This document shows, one piece after another, positions 62,771 through 64,000 of a DNA stretch of 64,000 bases; the first letter of the stretch is position 1, and each line of letters begins with the position of its first letter. A program made the translations under genes and the position numbers. Source of the stretch: Cetorhinus maximus (lineage: Eukaryota); assembly GCF_964194155.1 (NCBI RefSeq), contig NC_135894.1, forward strand, positions 71,982,001 to 72,046,000, in the 5' to 3' direction. The notes under the pieces were generated by a model, which was not told where the DNA came from, searched no databases, and saw only the letters and a program-made list of their open reading frames with translations.

Positions 62771-64000
62771 TAACGTCTAGAAGTATTTTAACTGAAATGT
62801 TGATTAAATCTGTCGGGTAACAGGTTTATTCAAGTTTTGAGACATGTTACTAATGGTCTGCCTTGCTATCTTTATCAAAATTTTTCTGTTACATATTTCT
62901 TAACCAAGAGACTATTTCTGGGAATTTGCCAACGTTGCTCTTGAACAGGCCGAGGATGATTTTCTCTTGCAATTCTTTATATCCCCAAACCAACATACAA
63001 TGTTTTTTTTAGATCATCTCAGTCCAATAATGTTGCCCTCCAAGTTAAGGTCTGTATAAAGCAATGTTTGGGTATTATGTGTACACAAAGTCAATGCACT
63101 ATCACACCATCAGCCAGAAGGCTCATTCCAACTTGAGTTGCAAGAACAAATAGTCTACCATGCTTATTATACTGTAAAGATATTGTACCACTGAATGAAA
63201 TTGATCAGGCATGGAGCTGTCAGTACAATAATCCCACAGTAATTAACCAGTTATTTCCACAGTGCTCACCAACCTGATCAAGGGTATTCTGAGTATCCCA
63301 AAATAATTGAATTTGTTGAATTCATTGACGTTTTTTTTTATAATGACCTTTTTAATTTGGTTTTCTTGGTGCAGAATAAAAATAAATTAGCCATTTCCAG
63401 GGATTAAAAAAGCAGAAAGTTTGACTTGGGTTTTCCAGAGATAATTGGGCTTTAATATCAAACTCATCAATGGCTGTTTGTCATGGATATCTTAGTTCAG
63501 TGTGCTCCCAAGCATAAAGGAACCAGCCACTTATTTTTCTTGGACTTCACTGGGAGTATTTCTCCATGTGAGGTTTCACTGGGCCAAGCACTTCTAGCAG
63601 TGGTTGTTAGCTTACATCTCCTCAGTTCCACTTAATGGAGCGAGGGAGTGACTGCCCCTATAAACACTGTACATTGAGTTGACTTCCTCCTTTAGGCAAG
63701 AGGTCTCTCCTCCACTTGGCACCTTCCCACCCAGCACGATGAAATATTGCAGTATGTTGTCTGAAGGATTTCAGAATTGTCTTGTACTTGTATGACTCAA
63801 TGGAGCACTGTATAAATATAATAAAGTCCTAATATCAAAAGAAAAATTACCAACATTTACCTACGTGTACAAACTTATTAACTCCTAGTACAATAAGAGT
63901 CATATGCTTTTGAAAAACCTGCTTTTTAAAGAAATCTAAATGAAAGCTGTAATTCTACCTATACCAGTTTCAAAGCAGGCCGTCTATACATTGCACTGAA

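Overview
Eukaryotic, AT-rich, repeat-dense genomic DNA with no host exon I can support; most likely intronic or intergenic. The repeat content (DeuSINE-like, LF-SINE-like, two CR1-group LINE families, L2, RTE, Penelope-like elements) suggests a cartilaginous fish such as a shark (inference). Almost all ORFs in the track are decayed retroelement fragments or chance ORFs. Two systems stand out. (1) A CR1-group LINE ('family A') whose 5' end is a tRNA-Thr(AGT)-like head with Pol III A/B boxes, followed within ~420 bp by the APE-RT frame and no ORF1; short head+tail SINE-like derivatives of it are also present. (2) A young Penelope-like (GIY-YIG) family with 10-16 bp target duplications and fold-back termini carrying minimal hammerhead ribozyme motifs with a non-canonical core (CUGCCGA/CUGUUGA instead of CUGANGA). 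Also seen: a solo LTR nested in a LINE, two MITEs, and a 30-bp sequence apparently copied from 2 kb away into a LINE. Family names come from recalled motifs, not database searches, and boundaries of old repeats are approximate.
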